Source of the DNA: Bacteroidales bacterium
GTDB lineage: Bacteria > Bacteroidota > Bacteroidia > Bacteroidales > FEN-979
Length of the DNA stretch: 57,418 nt
Reading direction: 5' to 3'
Assembly: GCA_016783905.1 (NCBI GenBank)
Contig: JADHVQ010000004.1
Span: forward strand, 1-57,418
Part shown: positions 1 to 9,969 of the stretch, piece by piece
How positions within the stretch are numbered: position 1 is the first letter of the stretch
Layout of the letters: each line of letters starts with the position of its first letter
Notes under the pieces: model-generated
Told to the model about the DNA's origin: nothing
Databases searched by the model: none
Seen by the model: only the letters and a program-made list of their open reading frames with translations
Translations under genes and position numbers: made by a program

Positions 1-746
1 TATCCTTTGCCGTTGACCGAAAATCCCATGGCTCCGGTACGTGCTTCCCCGGCCAGATCCGCCATCCGCTTCCACGAATTGGTATAAGGGGTATACTCCC
101 ACCAGTCTTTCAGGTAGGCCGACCCGTTGTTGCCCAGGCCGATGTAAATCTTGTCGTGAAGGGCAAAGGCAGTAGCATATGCACGCCCAACTCCGGGAAG
201 AGGAGCCTTCTGCGTCCAGGTATTGCTGTATGTATCATACTCCCAGAGGTCGTTCAACGCCCGTTCTGCCAGGTCAAAGCCGGTACCAACATATCCCCGG
301 TTACCCATCGTGACACCCACGGCGGCCATCCTCCCTTTTCCTGATGGGAAAGCTGCCCGGGAACTCCAGGCATTGGCGCCCTGATCCCACTCCAGTAGCT
401 GATAGTTCAGACCATACGGTCCCCCGCCGGTGGTGATGTAAGCTTTGCGACCGATCGAAAAAGCAACACTGCCGCGAAGTGGAAGAGGAAGATTCGATTT
501 GAAACTCCAACTGTTGCTGCCGGGATCATATTCCTGCAGATCCTGGAGCAGATTGCCGCTCAGCCCGTTGGTGCCGGTAGCAATATACCCCTTCTCCCCG
601 ATCGAAAATCCAACAGTCTGCAACCGTGCGGGAGAGTTGAAACCCTGACGATGAACCCAGGATTCCTGAGCAGGAACCTCATCCACACCAACCATTATCC
701 ATACACTTGCCGTGAAGAATAAAAATACAAATAGCTTCTTGAGCAT
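1..746 (-). CDS. Secreted Kelch-repeat beta-propeller protein (partial, runs off left edge)
   Basis: Not in the ORF track; translated by hand from ATG at 746: MLKKLFVFLFFTASVW... signal peptide, then Kelch blades (GFSIGEKGYIATG...EYDPGSNSW; GYVGTG...NDLWEYDTYSNTW; KIYIGLG...KDWWEY). Frame is open to position 1. Confidence 0.85.
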   Translation of the reverse strand, partial: MLKKLFVFLFFTASVWIMVGVDEVPAQESWVHRQGFNSPARLQTVGFSIGEKGYIATGTNGLSGNLLQDLQEYDPGSNSWSFKSNLPLPLRGSVAFSIGRKAYITTGGGPYGLNYQLLEWDQGANAWSSRAAFPSGKGRMAAVGVTMGNRGYVGTGFDLAERALNDLWEYDTYSNTWTQKAPLPGVGRAYATAFALHDKIYIGLGNNGSAYLKDWWEYTPYTNSWKRMADLAGEARTGAMGFSVNGKG

Positions 747-779
747 ACCCTGTAAGCCTGATATATGTGCCTTAGGAAA

Positions 780-787
780 CAAATATA
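780..787 (-). promoter_or_regulatory. Bacteroidota -7 promoter element (TATATTTG) for the Kelch gene
   Basis: Exact TAnnTTTG match 34 nt upstream of the ATG at 746. Confidence 0.55.
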
Positions 788-842
788 AGAGGAGAAAATC
801 TCTGTTTCAGGCAGGATTCCAGGACTTATGAACTGTGGATTG

Positions 843-1406
843 TTAATTCAGAGCCGGATCCGGAGGGAAATTGGCCCAGATGGCGTAATCGTTGCCCATG
901 TTTTTCAGATAGTTCGACCAGAGTTCTTCCGGATGACTGGTGATCACTTCGTTGATCGTGGCGTGCGATAATACCCAGGATTTCTCGTTGATTTCGCGGT
1001 CGAGCTGGTTGGGATGCCAACCCGAATAACCTAGGAAGAAACGGATCTGGTGCTCACTCAGCTTCCCCTCCTCCATCAGGCTACGGACCACCTCAATGTC
1101 GCCCCCCCAGAAGAGGCCATCCATGATCCGTAAACTGTTCTCGATGCCCGGTAATGTGTGGATGAAGAAAATACTGTCAGTCTTTACCGGTCCTCCCAGG
1201 TAAACGGGGTACTCAAATCCGGAGAATCCTTTGATTACCTCGTCAAGACGCACCTCAATAGGCTTGTTCACGATGATCCCAAAGGTGCCCTCTTCGTTGT
1301 GTTCGGCCAGCAGGATTACCGCCTGACGAAAATAGAAATCCTTTAACGAGGGCTCTGAGATCAGGATGATCCCCTGTTTTGGTTTGATGATCTGACGCTC
1401 CGTCAT
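843..1406 (-). CDS. YqgE/AlgH family protein
   Basis: LISEP..D.YF.QAVILL, GGPV, FFLGYSGW...QL..E and terminal PPDPALN motifs; likely start MTERQ at 1406. Confidence 0.9.
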   Translation of the reverse strand: MTERQIIKPKQGIILISEPSLKDFYFRQAVILLAEHNEEGTFGIIVNKPIEVRLDEVIKGFSGFEYPVYLGGPVKTDSIFFIHTLPGIENSLRIMDGLFWGGDIEVVRSLMEEGKLSEHQIRFFLGYSGWHPNQLDREINEKSWVLSHATINEVITSHPEELWSNYLKNMGNDYAIWANFPPDPALN

Positions 1407-1420
1407 ATCCGAAAATTTAT

Positions 1421-1450
1421 TACATTTGCGAGAGCCTCCGAGCAAATATA
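1421..1450. promoter_or_regulatory. Overlapping divergent -7 elements: TACATTTG (+, 1421-1428, murL) and TATATTTG (-, 1443-1450, yqgE)
   Basis: Two exact TAnnTTTG matches between divergent genes. Confidence 0.6.
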
Positions 1451-1460
1451 ATACCAATTC

Positions 1461-2873
1461 ATGGAGAAGTCAAACCGTCATGACAAATTCCTGCAACTCA
1501 GGGATGAATTTGCTTGTTTTACCTATGAAGGGTATGACTACAGCTACTCCGGCCATGGATTGGATATCCGTTTCTATTTCAACCTGGCCGACCGGTACAA
1601 CTTTTCTCCTACTATCTTCATCCCGCACAAGGAGTTCTTCATCCCTGAAGAACAGATCATGAATCTCCTCCCAAGCCTGGTCTTTCATCTGGGATTGATC
1701 GAACTGATCAGTTACTGGAAAGCCGCCTGCCCTCCGCAGGTGATCATCAAGCCTCACGCACTCTCCCCCGACCAGGTTGCATGGTGGAAAAAATGCTGGT
1801 TCAACGGCCTCGGCGAGTTCTTCTTCCTTAACTCCATCTCCACAGATATAGAACACTTCCTCGAGGTAAAGGTTGCTTCTGACGATCACCTGGAGCCCAT
1901 TCATTACTCCCTGTTACCCGATGTGATCGTCCCGGTAGGAGGCGGAAAAGATTCCGTGGTAACCCTCGAAATCCTTAGGAAACGCTTCGGTGTAACCTCT
2001 ATGATCCTCAATCCTCGGGGAGCAAGCGTGCATAGCATATTCATAGCAGGATTTGCCCACTCCGGGATGATCGGGATCCACCGTACCATCGATCCTCTCC
2101 TGTTGCAGCTCAACGAAGAGGGATTCCTCAACGGTCATACCCCCTTCTCGGCGCTGCTGGCTTTCTTGAGCATCCTCTCAGCCGTCATCTCCGGGAAGAA
2201 ATACATCGCCCTCTCCAACGAATCAAGCGCCAACGAAACCACTATCCCGGGCCTGACGGTCAACCACCAGTACTCAAAAACATTTGAATTCGAAGAGGAT
2301 TTTCGCAACTATGTAAAAAGCTGGATTTGTCCTGAAATTGACTATTTCAGCTTCCTTCGTCCCCTTAATGAAATCCAGATCGCCGGCCTCTTTACACGTT
2401 ATTCCAAGTATTTCCAGGTATTCAAGAGCTGCAACGTGGGTAGCAAAACCGATTCGTGGTGCGGAAAATGTGCCAAATGCCTCTTTACATACATTATGAT
2501 GGCCGCTTTCCTGAAGCCGGAACAGCTGGCGGAAATTTTTCGCAGAGATATTCTTGACGATATCAACCTGAAGCCGCTATTTGACCAGCTCATCGGCATA
2601 GCTCCTGAAAAGCCCTTCGAGTGCGTAGGAACAATCTCTGAAGTGAACGCCGCCCTGCAAGAGACAATCACAAAGTATGCGAACCAATCCCTCCCCGCCC
2701 TGTTGGAATACTACAACACACTCCCCTTTACCCCCACTACCCCCACTACCCCACCTAACCCGATCACCAGCTCAGAAACCTCATCCTTCCAATCCCTCCT
2801 CCAAGCCTGGGATCCGCAGAATTGTCTACCCCACCAGTTTGAAGAGTTGCTGAAAGGAGTCCTCTATGGTTGA
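1461..2873 (+). CDS. murL: UDP-MurNAc-L-Ala-L-Glu epimerase (MurL family)
   Basis: PP-loop VPVGGGKDS, NGHTPFSA, SNESSANE, NHQYSK, SCN..WCGKCAKCLF and KPFECVG motifs; overlaps a murD homolog. Confidence 0.8.
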   Translation: MEKSNRHDKFLQLRDEFACFTYEGYDYSYSGHGLDIRFYFNLADRYNFSPTIFIPHKEFFIPEEQIMNLLPSLVFHLGLIELISYWKAACPPQVIIKPHALSPDQVAWWKKCWFNGLGEFFFLNSISTDIEHFLEVKVASDDHLEPIHYSLLPDVIVPVGGGKDSVVTLEILRKRFGVTSMILNPRGASVHSIFIAGFAHSGMIGIHRTIDPLLLQLNEEGFLNGHTPFSALLAFLSILSAVISGKKYIALSNESSANETTIPGLTVNHQYSKTFEFEEDFRNYVKSWICPEIDYFSFLRPLNEIQIAGLFTRYSKYFQVFKSCNVGSKTDSWCGKCAKCLFTYIMMAAFLKPEQLAEIFRRDILDDINLKPLFDQLIGIAPEKPFECVGTISEVNAALQETITKYANQSLPALLEYYNTLPFTPTTPTTPPNPITSSETSSFQSLLQAWDPQNCLPHQFEELLKGVLYG

Positions 2874-4251
2874 ACTTCTTCGCCGGCGCCTGGGAGGGAA
2901 GAAAATCCTCCTGCTGGGCTTTGGCCGTGAAGGGGAGTCATCGTATCGCGTGATCAGGAAACTATGGCCAAACCAAAAGATCTGGATTGCCGACTGCAAT
3001 CCTGACGTGACCGGTAACATCCTGCTCCACGGAGATCAAAACCTTGAATTTCAGTGCGGGGAACATTACCTTGAGGGATTAAACCGGTTCGACGTGATCC
3101 TGAAATCTCCGGGGATCATTCTGAAGAAGCTGAAAGAGCCGGTCAATGAATCACGGATCACCTCCCAGACCGATCTATTCCTTGAAATTTTCGCCCCGCA
3201 GGTTACCGGCATCACTGGTACCAAAGGGAAAAGCACCACCACCAGCCTGATCGCCCACATGCTCACCACGGGCGGGAAAGAGACCATCCTGCTCGGGAAC
3301 ATCGGCACCCCGGCCTGGCACTTTTTCGACCTGATCACACCCCAAACACTCATCGTCAACGAGATCTCATCACACCAGCTCGAATACATCCGCCACGGGC
3401 CGCACATCTCCCTGCTGCTCAATATCTTCGAAGAACACCTTGATGCCTACCGCTCCTACCACGACTACCAGCTGGCCAAGATGAAGATCGCCACCACACA
3501 GGTTGCTGGCGATTACTTTCTGTATAACAGTGATGACACCCTCATCCGGGAGCACATCGGATCGCTGCCACTAAAACCGCAGCTGATACCTCTCTCCCTG
3601 CAACAGCAATTTGACGTTGGTGCCTTCAAACGAAACGGGGAACTGGTGATCCGGATCCCGGGGCGAAACGAGCTGGTCGTCCATGAACCACACAACCGGT
3701 ACCTGAAAGGGGAACACAACCTGCGCAACATCCTGGCCGCTATCACTGCCTGCTGGCTTCAGCGAGTAACCGAAGAGGCCATCCTCGACGGGCTGGCTTC
3801 ATTCAAAGGACTGGCCCACCGCATGGAGTACCTGGGGTGCCAGCATGGGATTCACTGGGTGAATGACTCCATTGCCACCATCCCCGAAGCCTGCATCGCT
3901 GCCATGCAATCCCTCCCCGATGTGGATACCCTTATCCTGGGTGGATTCGACCGGGGGATCGACTACGAAATGCTGAGCCGGTTCCTGCTTCAGGCTCCGG
4001 TACGGACATTGATCTTCAATGGGGCTGCCGGCCGGCGGATCGGCACGGAGTTGGAAAAGATAGATCAAACAATAAAAACGCGGAAAAAGCTGTTTTACAT
4101 CAACCGTTTCGATGACCTACTGCCACTGGTGCTGGAACACACCCGGCAGGGAACCACTTGCCTCCTGTCTCCGGCTGCCGCCAGCTACGACGAATTTCGC
4201 AGCTTTGAAGAACGCGGCTTACGCTTCCGGCAACTGGTAACCGAAGAATGA
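2866..4251 (+). CDS. murD: MurD family UDP-MurNAc-L-Ala--glutamate ligase (likely L-Glu-adding MurD2, given the murL link)
   Basis: GFGREG, KSPGI, GITGTKGKSTT, EISSHQL, HRME, NDSIAT, LILGG.DRG and LLSPAAASYD motifs. Confidence 0.9.
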   Translation: MVELLRRRLGGKKILLLGFGREGESSYRVIRKLWPNQKIWIADCNPDVTGNILLHGDQNLEFQCGEHYLEGLNRFDVILKSPGIILKKLKEPVNESRITSQTDLFLEIFAPQVTGITGTKGKSTTTSLIAHMLTTGGKETILLGNIGTPAWHFFDLITPQTLIVNEISSHQLEYIRHGPHISLLLNIFEEHLDAYRSYHDYQLAKMKIATTQVAGDYFLYNSDDTLIREHIGSLPLKPQLIPLSLQQQFDVGAFKRNGELVIRIPGRNELVVHEPHNRYLKGEHNLRNILAAITACWLQRVTEEAILDGLASFKGLAHRMEYLGCQHGIHWVNDSIATIPEACIAAMQSLPDVDTLILGGFDRGIDYEMLSRFLLQAPVRTLIFNGAAGRRIGTELEKIDQTIKTRKKLFYINRFDDLLPLVLEHTRQGTTCLLSPAAASYDEFRSFEERGLRFRQLVTEE

Positions 4252-4291
4252 TACGAGATACGAGATACGGGATACGGGATACGGGATACGA
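4250..4291. repeat. Heptamer tandem array (GATACGR)x6 starting in the murD stop codon
   Basis: gatacga gatacga gatacgg gatacgg gatacgg gatacga. Confidence 0.95.
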
Positions 4292-4403
4292 GATAGAGGC
4301 TGCGCCTGATAGAGCTTCACTGATGGAGCCTTCGGCTGATAAAAGGCCTGCGGTCTTGATAGAACTGACAAAAATAATAAATTTGAACCTTGAACCAAAA
4401 ACT

Positions 4404-5456
4404 ATGAACCTCCTCTTAAAAATATTCTCACCACCTCACCACCTCACTACCCACACTACCTTCACCACCCACACTACCTTCACCACCCACACTGCCCTCA
4501 CCCCCCTCACTACCCTCACCACCCTCACCATCCTCACCACAATCTTGTTCCTCTCATTTTTCTCTGCCAAAGCTCAAACCTCTTATGAGGATCAGGTCCA
4601 CGCTTACATTGATGCTTACAAAGAGATCGTGGTTCAGGACATGCGCACCTACGGCATCCCGGCCAGCATCAAGCTGGCACAGGCAATCATTGAATCAAGA
4701 GCCGGGCAGAGCATCCTGTCCAGGGAGGCTAACAACCATTTCGGAATTAAGTGCCACAAGGAATGGACCGGGAAGACTTACTGGATGGACGATGATGCTC
4801 CTAATGAGTGCTTCCGGAAATACGACCATGCCGCGAAGTCGTTCCGTGACCACTCTGAGTTCCTGACCACCCGGGACCGCTATCAGTTCCTCTTTTCACT
4901 CGATGTCCAGGACTACCGGGCCTGGGCTTACGGACTGAAGTCGGCGGGTTACGCTACCAATCCGAAATACCCCGACATGCTGATCGACATCATCGAACGT
5001 TTCTCGCTCAACCAATACGATCTTCCTGAAGAAGCGGTGGTAGCGGTGGCCACTACACAAGCTGATGAAAACCTCATGGAGGCCTACCGGCAGTTACTCG
5101 CCTACTTTGCCCCGGGCCCCAACAACCGGAAGGTCTACCTGAATAACAATGTCCAATGCACCATAGCGCTGGAGGATGATGACCTGCTAAAGATTGCCCG
5201 CGATTTTCAAGTGAAGGCAGCTGATTTGTTGCGATTCAACGACCTGAAAAGGGCCGGAGGAGTCAGGGAAGGCCAGGTAGTCTACCTCGGGAAAAAGAAA
5301 CGGAAAGCAGTGCAAAAACAACATGTGGTTGGCTACAACCAAACCATGTGGGAGATTTCCCAGGTCTTTGGCATCCGCCTGGCCAACCTCTACCGTAAAA
5401 ATCTGCTCCCCGAAGGCTATGCCCCCCCCGCCGGAAAGATACTAAAGCTAAAGTAA
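4404..5456 (+). CDS. GH73 glucosaminidase with C-terminal LysM domains (autolysin)
   Basis: GIPASIKLAQAIIES, ANNHFGIKCH, CFRKY, GYATNPKY and two LysM-like domains; likely start MNLLLK at 4404, since the longer ORF start only translates an intergenic repeat. Confidence 0.9.
   Translation: MNLLLKIFSPPHHLTTHTTFTTHTTFTTHTALTPLTTLTTLTILTTILFLSFFSAKAQTSYEDQVHAYIDAYKEIVVQDMRTYGIPASIKLAQAIIESRAGQSILSREANNHFGIKCHKEWTGKTYWMDDDAPNECFRKYDHAAKSFRDHSEFLTTRDRYQFLFSLDVQDYRAWAYGLKSAGYATNPKYPDMLIDIIERFSLNQYDLPEEAVVAVATTQADENLMEAYRQLLAYFAPGPNNRKVYLNNNVQCTIALEDDDLLKIARDFQVKAADLLRFNDLKRAGGVREGQVVYLGKKKRKAVQKQHVVGYNQTMWEISQVFGIRLANLYRKNLLPEGYAPPAGKILKLK
4427..4540 (+). repeat. In-frame 8/9-nt C-rich tandem array within the signal peptide
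   Basis: ctcaccac and accacccacactaccttc-type units encoding TTHTTFTTHTTFTTHTALTPLTTLTTLT. Confidence 0.85.
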
Positions 5457-5471
5457 ACCCTAAAAAATGTT

Positions 5472-5505
5472 CCCTCCCCTCCAAGGGGAGGGTCAGGGTG
5501 GGGTC
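5472..5505. repeat. REP-like palindrome, family B (hairpin plus G-rich tail), between convergent genes
   Basis: CCCTCCCCT-CCA-AGGGGAGGG then TCAGGGTGGGGTC; related copy at 45165-45199. Confidence 0.75.
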
Positions 5506-5511
5506 ATCAAC

Positions 5512-8322
5512 CTAAAACCTCGTTAACCTGAATCCCTTCACCATCTTCCCTGCACCGATTACCAGGTTCAGACGGTTTTTATCCTCCAGCGTGCCGATGT
5601 CGAACGGGGTGGTTCCTTTCACGCCCGATTCGATCTCCACATAGCCGTGCCGGTCAAAAAGAAACACTTCATTGGAGGTAGGTGAGATGATGCCGATGAA
5701 GGTTTTGCCGTTGAGCGTCTTCACCAGATTGGGAGGCGAAACATCGTGTCTGAAAGAATAAAAGTAGATCAGCTTGAAGAAACGGTCGTAGTAGTAAAGG
5801 GTGTTCTTGTCGAAAAAGATAAACTCCGGGGTGCCGTCACCAACGATATCTTCATAGAGGAAATAGTGCTCAGATGTAAAGTTGTTGAAGCTGACACGGC
5901 TCACGCTGCCGTTCTCCCTGAGGTATACCACGTTCCCCATCGGATCGGTGGTCAGCCAGGGGGCCTTGGAGTTGGTCCGGTTCAGGAAAAATGTGGAGTG
6001 AGGAGAATTGGAGAACTTCTTCTCCGGCGTGATCTTCTTCACGCCGGATCCATCGGTAATCAACACTTTCCCACTCTTCATCGTAACGAAAAGTGTAGAA
6101 GAAGCGCCATTGTCATGCACCCTCACCGGCATCACCACCTCCTCCTCCACCATGGGGGAGGTCCAGCCGGCAGCAAGCTGACCGTTAAGGTTGAAGTTGT
6201 AAATCCGGTTGTTCCGGAAAGCGATCACCACCTGGAACTCTTCGGGAGTGCCGGAGTAAATGTGCCCCAACCGGGTAAGACCAGAAGGGCCGGAGGATGA
6301 AGGGCTAGAATGGGGCAGGAAACCAGGAGACAGGATAGATAAACCGTTGGAAGCACGCACCGGGAACTTCATCGGGAAGCGATCTGCCAGCATGCCATCA
6401 CTCCGGATCAGGTAGAGATGGTTCCCGGTGTTAAAGAGGTAGAAAAGCGAGTCATTTCCCGTCAGCAGGATCTCGTGGAAACTCCCCAGCACCCGGCCAT
6501 AAAGCTTATGCTTCCAGAGCATCTGCCCGCTTTGGTCAAGTTTGTAAAGGGTATTCATGGTATCGGTCACAAGGACGGAGAATGCATCTCCGGCACCGGC
6601 ACGGATGATCTGTGGAGTGCCCGAAACAAGGGTGTCGAGGCTCGTCTGCCACACCAAAGGACCCTCTTCGGTAGTCTTGGGATTGAACCGGAGTTGCAGG
6701 TTGGTGTAAAACATCCCCTCCTCGGAAGAGAGCTGCATGGTGACCGCCTGAAATTTCTTCAGTGAATCGAGAATGGGGATAAAGAGGGAGAGATACTCCT
6801 CGGTAAGCACATCAGGAAGATCCTTCAGGAAATGCCTGGAGCTGCAGTAAAAGGAGATATTGGCACGCTCAGAAATGTTGTCGGAGATCTCCTGGTAGCC
6901 CCTGGTCTCCTGCAGCCAATCGCTGTTGAGGATTCGGTCGAGGAGCCGTTTCAGCACATCCGGATCATGCGCCAGGAAGATGAAATCCCCTATGATGGTA
7001 AAACAGGATAGATCAGATTGGTCAAATAACGGGCTCAGCCAAATATTGAGGACCTCTGAGAGCCCCGTCCCATAGATCGGCACTCCCTCATAAAGTGTAG
7101 AATCGGTTTTTTTTCCGGTTAGCCTGGAGAGCGTCAGAAAGCTTTTACGAGCTGAATCAGGATCGACCACCTGGAGGATGGTAACGGGAAAGATAGCCCC
7201 ATCCCTGGGCGATGGCTGAATCCAGCACCGGCCCGCCTGTGAACCTGTCCAGGGATCCAGGAAAAGACGAACAGCGGTGTCGTAACGGGTGTTGAGCTCT
7301 TTAAACAGGTCGAGGTCATCGGCCAGGAAGCTGGCGCGCTGTAGCCTTTTCTGCCACCGCTGGAAATAATCGGGATAGTCCTCCAGTGCGTAGATAAGGT
7401 AAGCCTGGGTACCCGAAGGAAGGATCCCGGTCATCGTCAGGGGTTGGGGTGACTGGTTCCCCATGAGCGCCAGGGTCTGCATGGCGCTGTCGGAAGCGAT
7501 CGTATAGCCGTTGAACAACAGCTCATCCTTCTTGAGGAGGAGATCCAGCCCACTCCAGTCGGCGTACCGGGCAAACTTCACCAGCCCCTGGTTATACGTT
7601 TCGTTCACCCCTTTCCACAACGCGAGGGAGAGATAAGGGAAATTGATGTAAAGGTTGGCGTCGACTTTCTTTCCGGTGGTGGAAGCAACGGTGCTGAAAC
7701 CTTTCATCACCGAAACAGGCGTGTTGAGCGATAACTGGTCGATTGCCCTCTTTACCAGGGCATCTGTGAAGCTTAAGATGCACACTCCTTCCCATACCGA
7801 GGCAAAGAGTACATTTCGCCTGTTCTCAAAATGGATCCGGTAGATTTGCGTCCGGCCATACGGACTTTGCAGGATGGTCACCTTCCCGGGATAATGCTCC
7901 TCCACAAAAGCGGTAAGTGACTTCCCATCCAACGAGGTCGGGAGCGGAAGCAGGAAAAGGGGATCAAATGAAGCGCGGCCATGAACGGAGAGGGTGATGG
8001 TGAGGGGGGAGTCTTTCAGGATTTCACGGATCTCCGGATTACCGCGCGACATAGAGTCGATCAGCAGGAGCTGCTCCTGGATAGGCTTCACACCGGGATA
8101 CTTTAGTAATTCCTTCCAGATGAGGTTGTTACGGGTAAGCTCTCCCAGTAGTCCAAGGGGGCTGTTGACCTGGATGATGAGTGCTGTATGGTCGGGGATC
8201 GCCTGCACCGGGTCTTTGCCACGACGTTCCAGAGAAACGTAGAGGAGATATCCCAGGTAGGGGATACCCACTGCCAGAATCACGATCATTGCAATCTGAA
8301 GTATGCGTCTGACGATCTTCAT
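5512..8322 (-). CDS. Large membrane-anchored protein (DUF3352-like N-terminus, beta-propeller-like C-terminus)
   Basis: 936 aa with N-terminal TM helix; W-[QK]-x-L-D repeats in the C-terminal half; downstream of rnhB. Confidence 0.6.
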   Translation of the reverse strand: MKIVRRILQIAMIVILAVGIPYLGYLLYVSLERRGKDPVQAIPDHTALIIQVNSPLGLLGELTRNNLIWKELLKYPGVKPIQEQLLLIDSMSRGNPEIREILKDSPLTITLSVHGRASFDPLFLLPLPTSLDGKSLTAFVEEHYPGKVTILQSPYGRTQIYRIHFENRRNVLFASVWEGVCILSFTDALVKRAIDQLSLNTPVSVMKGFSTVASTTGKKVDANLYINFPYLSLALWKGVNETYNQGLVKFARYADWSGLDLLLKKDELLFNGYTIASDSAMQTLALMGNQSPQPLTMTGILPSGTQAYLIYALEDYPDYFQRWQKRLQRASFLADDLDLFKELNTRYDTAVRLFLDPWTGSQAGRCWIQPSPRDGAIFPVTILQVVDPDSARKSFLTLSRLTGKKTDSTLYEGVPIYGTGLSEVLNIWLSPLFDQSDLSCFTIIGDFIFLAHDPDVLKRLLDRILNSDWLQETRGYQEISDNISERANISFYCSSRHFLKDLPDVLTEEYLSLFIPILDSLKKFQAVTMQLSSEEGMFYTNLQLRFNPKTTEEGPLVWQTSLDTLVSGTPQIIRAGAGDAFSVLVTDTMNTLYKLDQSGQMLWKHKLYGRVLGSFHEILLTGNDSLFYLFNTGNHLYLIRSDGMLADRFPMKFPVRASNGLSILSPGFLPHSSPSSSGPSGLTRLGHIYSGTPEEFQVVIAFRNNRIYNFNLNGQLAAGWTSPMVEEEVVMPVRVHDNGASSTLFVTMKSGKVLITDGSGVKKITPEKKFSNSPHSTFFLNRTNSKAPWLTTDPMGNVVYLRENGSVSRVSFNNFTSEHYFLYEDIVGDGTPEFIFFDKNTLYYYDRFFKLIYFYSFRHDVSPPNLVKTLNGKTFIGIISPTSNEVFLFDRHGYVEIESGVKGTTPFDIGTLEDKNRLNLVIGAGKMVKGFRLTRF

Positions 8323-8350
8323 ACCGGTGGCTGATGGAAGAATGGTTGAA

Positions 8351-8358
8351 CAAAGGTA
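8351..8358 (-). promoter_or_regulatory. -7 element TACCTTTG
   Basis: Exact TAnnTTTG upstream of the ATG at 8322. Confidence 0.5.
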
Positions 8359-8955
8359 CTAAATTAAAAGCTTCAGCTGCTTCTCCAGCCGGAAGCTCCT
8401 GCGATGATAGGGAGTGATGCCGTGGACCGAGATCGCTGCCTGGTGTGCCGGCGTCGGGTAACCTTTGTTCGCTTTCCAGTGATAGAGCGGGAACTCTTCG
8501 TGTAAGTGTTCCATGATGTCGTCGCGGTAAGTCTTGGCGAGCACCGAAGCCGCCGCGATGGAGAAAAACTTCCCGTCGCCCTTCACAATGCAGTGAAAAG
8601 GAATCTCCAGGGTGGTCCTGAAGCGGTTGCCGTCGATCAGCAGGAGTTCCGGCATCCGGGTAAGCTGTTCCACCGCCCGCTGCATCGCAAGGAAGGAAGC
8701 ATTGAGGATGTTGATCTCATCGATGGTTTGTACCTCCACCCTGCTGACCCTGAAGGCCAGCGCCTCTCGTTCCACCTCGATGCGTAGCTGGTCGCGTTGA
8801 GCCCGGCTTAGCTGCTTGGAGTCGTTGAGCAGTGGGTGCGAGTAATCTTTTGGCAGAATGACAGCAGCGGCAAACAGGGGGCCGGCCAGCGCTCCTCTGC
8901 CGGCTTCGTCACAACCCGCTTCAATGCGGTCGTCGGTGAATTGACTTTTCAACAT
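8359..8955 (-). CDS. rnhB: Ribonuclease HII
   Basis: [45 protein letters not shown]; start MLKSQF at 8955. Confidence 0.95.
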   Translation of the reverse strand: MLKSQFTDDRIEAGCDEAGRGALAGPLFAAAVILPKDYSHPLLNDSKQLSRAQRDQLRIEVEREALAFRVSRVEVQTIDEINILNASFLAMQRAVEQLTRMPELLLIDGNRFRTTLEIPFHCIVKGDGKFFSIAAASVLAKTYRDDIMEHLHEEFPLYHWKANKGYPTPAHQAAISVHGITPYHRRSFRLEKQLKLLI

Positions 8956-8956
8956 C

Positions 8957-9955
8957 TCAATTGGCGAAAAAAAAGTGTCCAAGAGCGGTGTTCACATAGA
9001 GAGCCAGGAGTAACAACCACAGCAACAATTCAAACCAGAATGGTCTCCGGAGGTGCATGTAAAAGTTGGTGACAAACACTGCCAGGCATATGCTTAACAA
9101 CCCCAGGTGGTATAGGTGGAGGGCGTGGGCATAGAAGATGGTCAGCAGAGACCAGAACAACATCCACAACAGCACCACATTCTTCTTCCTGAGTTCAACC
9201 GTCTTCTCTCCGATATGGCGGAGGGTATCCTGCAATCCCAGTATTGTAAAGAGCCCCAACAGAGAGAATAGGATCCACTCTCTCCATCCCACCTCCGGAA
9301 TGGTCAGAATCACCTGCCCAAAAAAATCAGTATACAGGGCTGGAAGACCGGAAATACGGTCAGTCAGAAAATAGAGCACCACCAGGTAGAGGAATGGGGT
9401 AGCCAAACCGATCAGTGAGCTTACCCACTCCCGCCATTTGAGGGAACGGTATATCAGGAAAAAGATTAGCAGAAAGCCGTAAAACAGCAGCGATGGAAGG
9501 TAGAAGAAAGAGGAGAGTGCCACGAAGAAGCCGGCGGTGTAAACCAGTTCAACCGGTTCCGACTGGTTATAGGCCTCCAGGAGAGCGCGAAGGATGAAAA
9601 GGAGGAAAAAAGTGGTTATGTTCACCGGGGTGAGGGTCAGGTAGGACGGGATAAGACTGATGAAGAGCAGGAAGAGCAGGGCAGCCAGCGAGGTGTTGTG
9701 TGGCACCAGGTCGCGGCGCGAAACGATGTAGTTGAACCATATGGCCTGAAAGATCACCAGCAGAAACCCAACCGCCATGGCTATGTAAGGAAAGCCGGAG
9801 AGCCAGTCGTAGAGTAAGGAATAGAGTGGTACAGGCCCGTCGGGAGGCGGCATCAGCGGCGGATGAATCCCCCCTGCACCCCACAGCAGCAATCCAATCA
9901 CCCCAATGGTGACAAACTGCCCGGGAAAACTCGATCGGAAATAACGAATCAACAT
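8957..9955 (-). CDS. Polytopic membrane protein (DUF6427-like)
   Basis: About 9-10 hydrophobic segments; co-oriented between purD and rnhB. Confidence 0.6.
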   Translation of the reverse strand: MLIRYFRSSFPGQFVTIGVIGLLLWGAGGIHPPLMPPPDGPVPLYSLLYDWLSGFPYIAMAVGFLLVIFQAIWFNYIVSRRDLVPHNTSLAALLFLLFISLIPSYLTLTPVNITTFFLLFILRALLEAYNQSEPVELVYTAGFFVALSSFFYLPSLLFYGFLLIFFLIYRSLKWREWVSSLIGLATPFLYLVVLYFLTDRISGLPALYTDFFGQVILTIPEVGWREWILFSLLGLFTILGLQDTLRHIGEKTVELRKKNVVLLWMLFWSLLTIFYAHALHLYHLGLLSICLAVFVTNFYMHLRRPFWFELLLWLLLLALYVNTALGHFFFAN

Positions 9956-9969
9956 TCCTTCGTCCCTCG

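Noticed and set aside
4248-4403. N-terminal extension MIRDTRYGIRDTGY of the glucosaminidase
   Set aside because: It is the translation of the intergenic heptamer and hairpin repeats; the ATG at 4404 has an A-rich leader and begins a plausible signal peptide.
6245-6340. Ser/Pro-rich segment (PGFLPHSSPSSSGPSG) as another repeat insertion
   Set aside because: No clear nucleotide periodicity or palindrome; cannot be supported without an ortholog alignment.
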